Of a DNA stretch of 64,000 bases, positions 53,667-64,000 are shown piece by piece. This stretch comes from Epithemia pelagica (taxonomy: Eukaryota; Protista; Bacillariophyta): NCBI GenBank assembly GCA_946965045.2, contig OX337242.1, forward strand, positions 124,001 to 188,000, given 5' to 3'. Position 1 is the stretch's first letter. Every line of letters starts with the position of its first letter. The notes under the pieces were generated by a model. It had not been told where the DNA came from. It ran no database searches and worked only from the letters and a program-made list of their open reading frames with translations. A program made the position numbers and the translations under genes.

Positions 53667-56600
53667 ATGTCAAACAGCAACCCAAACAACTCGTCCCAGT
53701 CACCTCCTTCTTCCCAAAACAACGCAAGCAATTTGACCCAAGTAACCCAAGCCGACTCAAACAACAATCAAAATGTTGCTACAGTTCAAAATGAAGGATC
53801 TTCCTCTACCGTTGATGGTGTTGATGACAGTGACTTAGCTGATCCGGTTGCAGAGGAAGTACAAGAATTGTTCAAGAAAGAAAAATCCTATGTCAAATTC
53901 CGAGACCCACCAAAGAAACATTTCAAGAATCTCAACTCCTATTGGGGGAAAGTTGATCATCTTGATTTCACCCACCTTGTTAAACAACGACAGAAAATCC
54001 CATCACAAGAACTTGTTCCATACGAGGGCCTGATCAGATGCTTTGACATGATAAGACAAGCCTCCCGTGAAGATCAGGAAGCGCCGAAATCGACATGGGG
54101 ATCAATCTGTAAACGTCTGGTTGCATGTCCCATTTGCTTCAAGGACCCAAACGCCTCCTTCTTACAGTCGACTCTTCTCTGTGGCACCCAGCCAAAAGGT
54201 GTGTCATCCAACGTTGGACAACACCGACGAGACTTTCATCCGAAGCTCGTCGAAAAGGAAGAGGAAGAAGGCATTCAACACCCGACGAATGTGGAAAGCA
54301 GCCAGTCGCTCATGACATCATACAAAGGGGCGACCATGCTATCCAAAGAAGAGGCCCGATCCAAATTTAAGGAAGCAATCTACAGGTTTGTCAATGACAA
54401 CAGCCTTCCTACATCGACCGTAGAGAAGGAAAGCTTTCGGCAGCTGCTACAATTTGCCATACTGCAGGGCCCAAAATTATCCAAAAATGACGCAGTAATG
54501 AGCAATAAGGCCATTACGAAAATGCGACTTACTTCCTATAATTCGTTCATGCGGACCATTGCCATGTTGGGTAGAAACATTCGGAATGCGTACAAGGCAC
54601 TCTGCGGAAAGGCAATTCCCTTTGGAACAATTTGCCATGATATATGGCAAGGGCACAGGAAAGATATCCTTGGAATATGCATTTTCCTGGTCGACCCAAG
54701 GAACTGTGCAATGTACAGGATCCCTCTGGGATTGTGTGAAGTAGCTGGGCATTCTGCGGCCGCTGTCGCAAAGCACACCCTGGATATACTCGGATCAGTT
54801 GGTTTCACACAACGGGATTTGTCTTCGTCAGTGAACGATAATACGAATGCTGCTGTTTTAGCAGGAAAATATATCGTCGGTAATCAGACCGGCGGGAAAT
54901 GTGACATGCACCGTGCTGAGTTGATCCTGAAACACGGAACTGGTATTGCTGTGCGGCGCCGTGGTGGCTCAATTCAGGACGAGTTCCCTGACTTTGTCAA
55001 AGTCTACAAGGCCGCTCTCAAACTTGTGGCATTGGTAATGAACAAGCGTACCAAAAAGTTCGAGGAAATTCGCCAATATGCAGCAAAGCACAACATGGTC
55101 GCAATCGAATTACCCATTCCAAATTCTACCCGTGTCAATGGTTGTGTGATCATGTTCCACGGTCTGTTGAGAATGAAGTTTGTTTTTGATTCTTACTACG
55201 CAAAGGAATCTCCTGACAATGAGTTTAAGCGTGGTTATCTAACAAAGCAACAGTGGCAAGCAATTGCCGAATTTGAAGCAAAACTGGCTCCTCTAAGGCA
55301 TTGTGCCATGACTCTACAATCAGATGACCCATCATCATCTGCCGGTTCCTTGTTGGAGATTTTTGGATGCAAACATGGTATTGAATGCCATAAGAAAGAA
55401 GGTGTTCGAGTGCTTACTGTCAATCCATCGGATGACAACCTGGATTTCCAACGATGGGATGCAAAGCCAACCATAGAGAAGCTCAAGGGAAAGCGAAACA
55501 AGATCCAGTATGCAAATCTACTTGCCTCTTCCAAAGTCTTAATCAATCGCCTACTGAGGGAGTTCCGAACATACATGATGGCCGGCGACGACGTCCATGC
55601 AGAGAATGCGATTTGCGGACACCCCTTCCTATGCGCAATGGCACCCAGTGTTCTACAGTCAATTTCTATTTACAACGCCAACGATGTTGAGAGGTTGAAG
55701 AAGAATTTTGTTACCGACATGGTGACAAAATTCTATGTTCCAAAGAGATCTGGGCAGCCAACAACCCAGTCTAACGTTGCAAGAGCGGTGGCAGAGGGTG
55801 AAAGCCATCCTGAATCAGAGTCAGATTCGGATGATGACGGTGTTGTTGGTATGTTTAGTATCTTTAAGAAGCATAACCAAACACAGGAGTTGGCTGCGAC
55901 GGTACTGCAAACCGATCAAGCGGGACAGAATCCTACCCCTGCCCCTGCTACACCAGTCACTGACAAGGATAACTTGTACACCGAATGTGAGAAAGAATTC
56001 AACAGCTACAAAGACTTCTGCAATCGAATGATTGCCAAGAATTGGGAGAAATTGATCCGGGAATATCCAACGCCTTTGTTCTCAGAAGAAGAGCCCAAAT
56101 GGACCCCAGCCGAGAAAAAGAAGTTCGTGAAAGCATGCAACTCAACCGAGTTCAATAGGGTGAGCAAGTATTTTGATGTTCTTAAATGGTGGTCCGTGAA
56201 CAAGGGCAATTTCAGCAAAGTCTTCCCGAGTGCGATAATCTGGTTGTCAAAGCCGTCCACAAATGCATTCCAGGAGAGGATTTTTTCTTCTTCTTCCTGG
56301 TTTGACAGCAACCGGCTAATGCGTTGTCAGAGCAAGAAGCACTTTGAGGTCCGAACAATGGAACTGGTCACGCGCAAGGTGAGAGAGGAAATCAAGAAAA
56401 ATGAAGAACTATTAGAGGGGAACCAGTGGAATCCCATTACAGTCGAGGACAATGAGAATGAGCAGGAAGAAGAACCCGCGTCGGTCCCCACTGATCAACA
56501 AACAAGTGCTGCTGCTGGGGCTGTGGACAATGTAGCTCGTACCAATAATCAACAAACAAACAACGCTATTGCCATCGCTCCCATTGAGGAGGGTACTGCG

Positions 56601-57302
56601 GATGATGATGGGGTGGCAGTGGTTGAAGATGATCGAGATTTAACAGATGGAACATTCAAGGGTGATATGAAACGACTTGAAAAACTGCTCAAGGGTGTTG
56701 AGACTATGGACAAGCATCATGAGTCAGGAACTGAAGGACTCGAGGGGGTCATAGGATGCGAGTATAAGTTCAAGTCAAGCGACACAGATATGGACAAAGA
56801 AGAGACTTACGATGAAGTGGAACTACTAGATCTCGTGGACAAGAATGACGTGGACCAAATGTCAGTCATGGGTAGATTGAAGAGAGACGATGACCCATTT
56901 GCTTGTGACGATGATTCCTGCATCATCGAAGAAATAGAAGAACAGCAGTTCTTCTTTAAGGCGACCATGAATGTCACAGATTCGTCATTGCCTGGAGCTT
57001 CGGGCCAGGTCACGACTATGTCCACAACAGCTTCGAAGGGATCAAACTCGGGCCAGGACACAGGCAATCAATCTGTTAAAACTCCAGTAACAAAATCGTC
57101 CAAGAGAAAGGCAATCGGCAGTGGTACCAGGTCTGCAAGTTCCAAGAGTTCGAAACGGATGCGCCAGCAGTCCATTGGTACCATTACAACCAGTTCCGGT
57201 CGAAAGACGAAAGTATCTTCTAAAAAGGCACCTCCTGAACATCGAATGCAACAAGAGCAACAACAGGAACGACGAGTGAGTCCCCGGAAAAAGGACAAGT
57301 AA
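53667..57302 (+). CDS. hAT transposase (1211 aa from ATG 53667; frame open from 53421)
   Basis: BED-like CPIC...HRRDFH; catalytic D (CHDIW), D (NDNTN), CxxH (CDMH), E (FQERIFS); C-terminal dimerisation domain DVLKWW...FPSAIIWLSKPSTNAFQERIFSSS; long charged tail. Confidence 0.93.
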   Translation: MSNSNPNNSSQSPPSSQNNASNLTQVTQADSNNNQNVATVQNEGSSSTVDGVDDSDLADPVAEEVQELFKKEKSYVKFRDPPKKHFKNLNSYWGKVDHLDFTHLVKQRQKIPSQELVPYEGLIRCFDMIRQASREDQEAPKSTWGSICKRLVACPICFKDPNASFLQSTLLCGTQPKGVSSNVGQHRRDFHPKLVEKEEEEGIQHPTNVESSQSLMTSYKGATMLSKEEARSKFKEAIYRFVNDNSLPTSTVEKESFRQLLQFAILQGPKLSKNDAVMSNKAITKMRLTSYNSFMRTIAMLGRNIRNAYKALCGKAIPFGTICHDIWQGHRKDILGICIFLVDPRNCAMYRIPLGLCEVAGHSAAAVAKHTLDILGSVGFTQRDLSSSVNDNTNAAVLAGKYIVGNQTGGKCDMHRAELILKHGTGIAVRRRGGSIQDEFPDFVKVYKAALKLVALVMNKRTKKFEEIRQYAAKHNMVAIELPIPNSTRVNGCVIMFHGLLRMKFVFDSYYAKESPDNEFKRGYLTKQQWQAIAEFEAKLAPLRHCAMTLQSDDPSSSAGSLLEIFGCKHGIECHKKEGVRVLTVNPSDDNLDFQRWDAKPTIEKLKGKRNKIQYANLLASSKVLINRLLREFRTYMMAGDDVHAENAICGHPFLCAMAPSVLQSISIYNANDVERLKKNFVTDMVTKFYVPKRSGQPTTQSNVARAVAEGESHPESESDSDDDGVVGMFSIFKKHNQTQELAATVLQTDQAGQNPTPAPATPVTDKDNLYTECEKEFNSYKDFCNRMIAKNWEKLIREYPTPLFSEEEPKWTPAEKKKFVKACNSTEFNRVSKYFDVLKWWSVNKGNFSKVFPSAIIWLSKPSTNAFQERIFSSSSWFDSNRLMRCQSKKHFEVRTMELVTRKVREEIKKNEELLEGNQWNPITVEDNENEQEEEPASVPTDQQTSAAAGAVDNVARTNNQQTNNAIAIAPIEEGTADDDGVAVVEDDRDLTDGTFKGDMKRLEKLLKGVETMDKHHESGTEGLEGVIGCEYKFKSSDTDMDKEETYDEVELLDLVDKNDVDQMSVMGRLKRDDDPFACDDDSCIIEEIEEQQFFFKATMNVTDSSLPGASGQVTTMSTTASKGSNSGQDTGNQSVKTPVTKSSKRKAIGSGTRSASSKSSKRMRQQSIGTITTSSGRKTKVSSKKAPPEHRMQQEQQQERRVSPRKKDK

Positions 57303-57408
57303 AAGTCCAAGTAATTTCAGACATGCATACCCTAAAAATCCAACTCCATGACGAGGATTGATTAAAAGATAATGAAGTAGTGAGTAGTTCCATGAAGCAA
57401 TTCCATTA

Positions 57409-59277
57409 TTATATGCTGTAGGACCTATATATACGAATGAAATTGTTGTATAGGTTGTAGATTTGTTTTTTGTTCGGTAGATGGCGGTCCTTATCAAGGC
57501 GTCTGACGGTGAAATCCATATGAGCGTCAGTGCATTTCCATCGAGTAGCTGGATTTTGTAACAATTGGCCAAAGGAACCGAACATTGGATTGATGGCTTG
57601 CCATTCGTCTTTCGGTAGCCAAGATTCCAGGATGCAAGAGCCGAGGTCAGGGTCGCTTATCGTTTTTGGGATCCAACCAAGGGCAATGGAACATCTCAGC
57701 ACATGGACATCTGTTGGTATGCCGTCATTGCGGTCAAAGGCAAAATCTAACACGATGGTCGCTGTCTTGTACCCAATTCCATGAATTGTCACCAATTCAT
57801 CCACGGTGATTGTAGAGGGGATAATCCCATTGTGATTTTGTAAAAAATAATCCGCTGCATTGACAATGTTCTCTGCATTCTGGAAATACCGACCAGATTC
57901 AGATAGCAGTGAGCAAAGCATATCCATTCCAAAGTTTTGGGCGATTTCAATGGTGGCCTTGCTGGAAACAAAACCAGATTGAAAAATCCGAGGAACCAAA
58001 GTAGCCAGTTGCCTGTCGCTAGTGCTGGAGCTCATCAATATCACTACAAGGCACATGAAGGCACGGTCACAGTCTGCTGTTAGGTTGTCATCAATCCAAC
58101 ACCTCCAACTGTCCCGTGGAGATGATAATCCACAACTCAAGAAGTAGACATGTAAGGACTGCAAGTACCGAAGGTCCTCTGTCCATTTTTCAATTTCAAC
58201 TGGCGTGTGAGAGGGTATTTTGGATTTGTTGTATCTCGGCATTCCTCCAGCCTTTGTCTTGGGTTTTTCGCCAGGCATATGCCTACCAGTGTTAAGATAG
58301 CTAGTGGCCTGTCGAGCCTTTGAAGATTGTTGTATTAACGCTGCAGTGTGGGCATGTTGTCCACGTGTACAAATCCGGGGAGGAAAGTTTGGAGCTTTTG
58401 GTGTTGAAGGGGGGTTGTATAGAACAGATTTGTCGGAGTTGTCGGCATCTGCTTGGGTGGGTGGGGAAGGGGAAGTGACAATAGTGTCACCCATAACATT
58501 GGCTTGGTCATTGTTCGCACAGTCAGGTTGATTTTCACAGTTATGGTCATTATCCTCCAGGGTGGGATGCATTTCACGGGCAACTTGTTGCAGGAGATAT
58601 GATAGAGAGGGGGGATAAATAGGTTGTCCTTCAAGCATTTTGTTGTGTACCGAAATGGATGCATCCTCGCGAATCAGCCAGACAAGGAGAGCATCTGAAA
58701 CATCTGATTCGGTAATTTCACTCTGATTGTTATGTGACAGATGATCCTCTACAAAAGAATGAGCGGCATCGTATGAATGGTCTTGATTTATAAGAAACGT
58801 AGGAGAACAAGAGCATAGAAGGGAAAGATAGGGAAGATCATCCTGTGGGGGAGAGACGTGATATTGTCGGGATATGTTGGTTGAGTTTGCTTGTGGAGAG
58901 TTGAGATTGGGCAATACACTGTGGTCAACCAGTAGCGACATAAGATGCAGGAAATGTCCCATGGAAATGGTTTGTTTGACTGCACATGTATGACTGGAGA
59001 GTTTGTTGAGAGGACCGGTGGAGTATCGGACATCTGCGTCTTCTCGAATCATCCATACAAGAATTGTGTCCTTTATGGCTTCGATTCTTGATTCAAAGGA
59101 CTCCGAATCTGGTATAGAAATCTCTTGAGTGATAAACTCAAAAAAGGAAAAGGGAGCGTGTGTCAATGCAACAATTGGTTGACAGGTAACTTCAAGAGAG
59201 ATGGTTTCTTTGTCCATTCTTCCCAACTCTTCGGCATGATGGTTGCTTCTGTTTTTTGGTGTGTAGCCTGCAGCCAT
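57409..59277 (-). CDS. HhH-GPD DNA glycosylase/AP lyase (Endonuclease III/NTH1-like) inside the hAT element (622 aa from ATG 59277)
   Basis: FMCLVVILMSSSTSD...GRYFQNAENI...HNGIIP...ELVTIHGIGYKTATIVL...IPTDVHVLR...LESWLPKDEWQAIN...FGQ aligns by eye with Nth/NTH1. Catalytic Lys (57766-57768) and Asp (57709-57711) present; no 4Fe-4S Cys cluster. Confidence 0.9.
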   Translation of the reverse strand: MAAGYTPKNRSNHHAEELGRMDKETISLEVTCQPIVALTHAPFSFFEFITQEISIPDSESFESRIEAIKDTILVWMIREDADVRYSTGPLNKLSSHTCAVKQTISMGHFLHLMSLLVDHSVLPNLNSPQANSTNISRQYHVSPPQDDLPYLSLLCSCSPTFLINQDHSYDAAHSFVEDHLSHNNQSEITESDVSDALLVWLIREDASISVHNKMLEGQPIYPPSLSYLLQQVAREMHPTLEDNDHNCENQPDCANNDQANVMGDTIVTSPSPPTQADADNSDKSVLYNPPSTPKAPNFPPRICTRGQHAHTAALIQQSSKARQATSYLNTGRHMPGEKPKTKAGGMPRYNKSKIPSHTPVEIEKWTEDLRYLQSLHVYFLSCGLSSPRDSWRCWIDDNLTADCDRAFMCLVVILMSSSTSDRQLATLVPRIFQSGFVSSKATIEIAQNFGMDMLCSLLSESGRYFQNAENIVNAADYFLQNHNGIIPSTITVDELVTIHGIGYKTATIVLDFAFDRNDGIPTDVHVLRCSIALGWIPKTISDPDLGSCILESWLPKDEWQAINPMFGSFGQLLQNPATRWKCTDAHMDFTVRRLDKDRHLPNKKQIYNLYNNFIRIYRSYSI

Positions 59278-60266
59278 TGCACTTTTGGGTGTCGTAATCG
59301 AATACACTTTCTTGAAGGAATTATATTCTTAAATACAGAATGATATCACACAAGCAGGGGTGTGTGGGAGATGAGGAGTGGGCGATGGGTCGATACATGT
59401 ATCGTGAGGAACGCTTAATTTCGTTCATTATTCGGGAATTGAAATGAAATTGAAGAGGGAATTGAGAATTCCATTGCAGGATAAACGGGAATTGAGCATT
59501 TCCATTCAATTTCCATATAGTGAGATTTGGGAATTGAGAATTCAATTCCATTCCGTGTGTATGTAGATCCGAAATTGATGATTCAATTTCATTCCTAAGA
59601 TTCCATGGGAGGACTTGACCATTTCAATTCAATTTGAAATAATATTGTCGGTGAAATTTAATATTCTAATTCAATTGAATGGAAGTGCTATTCTGGAATT
59701 TTGTATTTTATTTTATTCGCATGCTTTGGAGAGAGAAATTATGACTTCAAATTTCATTGCACAGTTTCCACGATTAGGAATTAATTATTTTAATTTCAAT
59801 TCAAATACTTCATTTTGGAAATTCCAAACCCTGCCACCAAGATCTCTTTGGGAAACCAAATACCAAATCTTTTCTGCGAAAGAGACCAAGAAGAGAGCAT
59901 GAATGAGATTTCTTCCTTGCCCCCATTAAGTTGGGCTTTGCCTATCTACCATGGGTTCTGCGGCTAACAATTACCACCGCACGAGTATAGTCAGGTTCGC
60001 GGAACCTAGCAGCCGACAGGTCAGGTACTCTACCGTAGATCGATTCATAGATCCAACAACCATGTGTATATTGAAATCTCTGGAGTGAACAAACGAGTGA
60101 GTCGTCTCTTTCTCAGGAAAACTAGTTTACAACTACTCCGCAATTCACCCCTCTACTAGAAATTAGCCATCGTTATTCGTACTCACACATTCCACAAATC
60201 AACAAACCCAACACACCAGATACATATTATGTCACAGACACAGACAGACAAACATACACATACGAA

Positions 60267-61452
60267 CTAAATGCTGGGAACGTCTTGGAGCGGATTGTTG
60301 CTGTTGAAGGTAGTGGCGCGAGGGATATACATGGAGGCAGTTTCCGTTGCGTTGTCGTCGTTCTTGTCGATGCGATCCTGCGAGGGGATAGCGGGAACCA
60401 CCCGCCGTTGCCCCGGCGGGTCGTGTTCCACGGCAGGCAGGTACGTGGGTCCCGAGTGGTGCAGTGCCCCATCTCCTCCAAAGGTAGAAGAGGACAAGAG
60501 GGAGACGGAACTACTGGGTGGAAGCATCACGGACGATTTTCGGGTGCGACTGGACCACGAAACAAGATCGGCCGCAGCTCCACCGTTGGCGGTCGCCTTC
60601 CTTGTCGTCGTTGTTGTGGTTGTCGTGTCGGGCAAGGCTTTGGGGTGGTAGCACGCCTTTTGGAGGGGATCCAAAAACGTATCTCGTACATATTCCGCCA
60701 CGAGACGATCCGATTCGCCCAAGGCCCGGTCAAAAAATACCGCATCCGGTGGCGTATAGTCTGTCATGTCGTCGTCGAAGTCCAAATCCATGTCATTTCC
60801 CATGAGACTGTCCGCGCTACTACAACCACGACAGAGTCGTTGTTGCCGTTCGAGGGATTGCACATATTTGGAATAACCCAGTACTTCGGCCGAGGTGAGC
60901 CAAACATCGTTGAGAAATTGGCGCGGATTGGTTGTCAAGGACAAGGAGGGCAAGGTCGTGGACCGTACCAATTGCTCTTCGTTCTGCAGGGGTGCTTCCA
61001 GCGATATCATGCCACTGGGGACCGTAATATCTTCATCGTCAGAGTCATCCTCGTCCGTTTCGGCGGTACTCGAATCCATGGACGGCACAGATCGGTTGCG
61101 CAACGTTTGCAAATCGGCTGCCGGCGGCGCCGCCTTGGAACTAGAAGTAGGTGGTGTGGTTGGTGGTGGTGGGTCCACGACCAAAAGGGTACTCGATGGT
61201 TCAAATGCTTTGTTGTTGTTGCTGTTTTGACTGGAAAAAGATGCGTCCCTGGTGCTACTACTCTTGTCGTCGGTGGGAACTGCGGTGGGCCGGTTGGCCG
61301 CCGTATTCTCCTTATCCGTATGGGTCATTGTAGTACCAACATGTTTGCTGTTTGTGGTATTCGTACTGCTGGTAGATTTGCGACCACGCCAAGAAAATCG
61401 CCGAGAAGAGAGTGAAGTACTGCGTTTCTTGGAATCCGTCGCGAGTGGTGTC

Positions 61453-61505
<53 letters not shown>

Positions 61506-63794
61506 GGTTTTGGTAGTGCTGTTGCTGCTGCTCTCACTAGGAGCGTCTCCTCCTCGTTTGATGGTGGTAGAAGAAGGAGACACTGGAGAGGACCGTGGTG
61601 GTCGTGGTGGTACCCCGCCATGGGAAGAAGTGGTCCGAGGGGGAACCACCGTCTTGTTGTTGTATGTGTTGTTGTTGTCCTTGTCGTCGTGTGGAATGGT
61701 AGTTGTGGAAGAAGGAGGAGGAGGAGCGGTGACTATTCCTCCTGCCAAAGTATCACGCTGAGTCCGTTGACGAATCAATTCGTACGAATCTTCCTCAACA
61801 CAGGTTTGCAACAAGAGCAAGGTCTTTTGCTCCTTATTATTCTTCTTCTTGTCTTGTTCGACGGCGTGTTTGTTGTCGCTTTGTGGAACGGGTGGACCGG
61901 TCGATCCTGCCAGTCCCATGGTTGTCGTGTCGTTGGACTGGACTCTGGTTCCCGACGTGTCATTGTCAACGTTCTTGGTGGTGGGTATGGGTGGCAATCG
62001 TTCGACGGAATAGTGCCGATGGGGCGAGGGTGTCGGAGTCGCACTGCGATGTCGTGGAGAAGCAGCCGGCGTCGTGGTACGGGACGAGGGTGGCACCACG
62101 GATCGACCCCGCGAACGACGTCGGTTGTGTGGACGATCGACACTGTTGGACCGCGATCGAAGACGACGAGGAGGCGGACCCGGACGACGAACCGGACTGG
62201 GACTAGCACGACGAGGAAGAGGAGAATGTGACTGGTTGATATTGTTGTGGATCGCTGCATTGCTTGTTGTTGTAGTGTGGGACGAACGAGATTGACTGGA
62301 ACTCTTGCTCTCGTTGTTGTTGTTGTTGTTGCGGCGACGAGGGATCCCCAGACTGGTGGACCGCAGTGTCGATGGAGACGGAGAGGATCGTCCGGTCGTT
62401 GTTGGTGGCGATGTCGCAGAAGAAGAAGAAGAAGATGATGATGAGAAAGAGGAAGAAGAAGGGGCAGCTTGTACACTATTACTGCGAGAATGATCCCGAG
62501 TTGGTGGTAATGGTGGTGATGAGGCCTCCTTCTCCGAGAATTCCTGCGGCGTTTCCTTGTCGTTTGTCTCTCTGTGCGTTGGACGGTTCGAGGGAAAAAG
62601 TTCGTCGTCGTCATAATTGTCTTCGGGAGGTTCCAAACACGCTAGAGATGCCGAAATCACTGCCGCCAGGGTGTTGGTGCTTGGATTGCTTGCCACAACG
62701 GATAATGTCGAAGAAGAAGAAGAAGAAGAAGAAGAAGAAGAAGAAAAGGATGACGAGATGTCACTTGTTTGGTGAGCAGCCGGGACACTACTGCGAGAAT
62801 GATCCCGAGTTGGGAGTGATGAGGCCTCCTTTTCCGAGAGCTTCTGCTGGGTTTCCTTGTCGTTTGTCTCTCTGTGCTTTTGACGGCTCGTGTTTCTGGG
62901 AAAAGGTTGGTCGTCCTCAAAGTCGTTGTCGGGAGGTTCCAAACACGCTAGAGATGCCGAAATCACCGCCGCCAGGGTGCTTGTGGATGGCGTGTTGACC
63001 AGGACGGATCGTTTCTTGTTGTTGGTATTGTCCTCGTCGTCATCGTCGTCATCGGTAAATTGTTCCATGAGAATGGGTGGATGGACCGAGGCCCTCCGAG
63101 AATGGCTTTTTCCTCCTCGTTCCTTGTTTCCGCGGTGCTCGGATGGTCCAGCAGTGCTGGTCGTGTTGGTTGTACCGTGCTGGAGTGTCTTGTTGTAGTT
63201 TTTGTGGTTGCGTTCTTCCAGTACTGGTGGTGCTTCTTGTTTGGGTGGTGGTGGTGGTTCTTGTGTTTCTTTTTCATCTTGTTTTGGGTCTTGTTCCGTG
63301 TCAATTTCCACCACATAAAAGGGATCATCCTTCTTGTTGTTGTTGCCGTTGGCTGCTGGTGTAAATGGTTTGGCTGGCACACGAACGCTGTTGCTCCTAC
63401 TTCGGCTCCTACTGGTACGACGACCATGACGATCCAAGGAGGCGTTGCGGGTCGATCTTGTTCGAGACGGAGACGACGAAGCAGCAGAATGATGAGTGGT
63501 GGTTGCATGACTGCTGGCATCTTCTTTGCTGGTTCGAGAAGCTGTTTCCTCGTGGGGTTGCACACGGACGCTGCGACTGACACTGCGGCTGCTGGTACGA
63601 CGACCATGACGACGATCCAACGAGGGGTTGCGGCTCGGTCTCCCTCGAGAAGAAGAAGAAGCAGTAGAGTGGTTCGTGGTGGCATGGCTGCTGCCATCTT
63701 CTTTGCTCGTTCGAGACGCAGTTTCCTCGTAAGGCTGACTTTGTGGCAAAGAATACGAGTCTCGAACCATTGTGTTGGTAGTAAAAGGAGGCAT
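60267..63794 (-). CDS. S/T/R/P-rich hypothetical protein with internal duplications (1175 aa)
   Basis: Long ATG ORF with two internally duplicated blocks, poly-N and poly-S tracts, and a more ordered C-terminal segment (RQFLNDVWLTSAEVLGYSKYVQ...). Confidence 0.7.
61453..61506 (+). repeat. (TTG)18 microsatellite encoding poly-Asn on the minus strand
   Basis: Read directly. Confidence 0.95.
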
Positions 63795-64000
63795 GCTTCT
63801 AGAGAGAGTGTGTGTGTGTATTGTTGTTCTGTCTCTTTTTCTCGAAGCGAAAGAAGAGTGTTTCTCCCCAGATATCTCAAAAATCTCTCTCTAGTAGAAA
63901 ATGAGGAGAGGATTGCAATCCATCAACCGCTGTCGTTCTTGTTGCTGTGCCTGTGTAGAGATTTATCCCTTGTTTTGTCGCCTTCGTTCTTGATGCCGTC

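Larger units (their letters stand above)
53053..59833 (+). mobile_element. Complete hAT DNA transposon (6781 bp) with two convergent ORFs
   Basis: TIRs CAGGGTTTTGAATT / CAGGGTTTGGAATT; 8-bp TSD CCACCAAG (53045-53052, 59834-59841); GAATT/AATTC-rich subterminal arrays at ~53053-53420 and ~59400-59833. Confidence 0.96.

Overview
Eukaryotic, almost certainly diatom (pennate-like), genomic DNA in which host genes alternate with many transposons; no rRNA, tRNA or CRISPR features were seen. Retroelements: the 5' part of a CoDi-type Ty1/copia element runs off the left edge, and an intact young Ty3/gypsy element (216-bp LTRs, 5-bp TSD) sits in one arm of a ~1.8-kb inverted duplication that places two identical TPR-like genes head-to-head. 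DNA transposons: a Crypton-type tyrosine recombinase with an adjacent SET-domain gene and a 22-bp palindromic array between them, five small TIR elements (foldback, Harbinger-like, Stowaway-like, 7-bp-TSD, mariner-like), and a complete 6.8-kb hAT element with TIRs and an 8-bp TSD. Host genes include a plastid-targeted NTF2-like protein, a 5-exon ABCF ATPase, syntaxin-5, a Ubl-Ubl-2OG-Fe(II) oxygenase-RING fusion, two paralogous GQVGxxCxxC proteins and several low-complexity proteins. The strongest novelty candidate is the hAT element, which carries, convergent to its transposase, an Endonuclease III/NTH-like HhH-GPD DNA glycosylase with both catalytic residues intact. All calls come from reading the sequence by eye; no searches were run.
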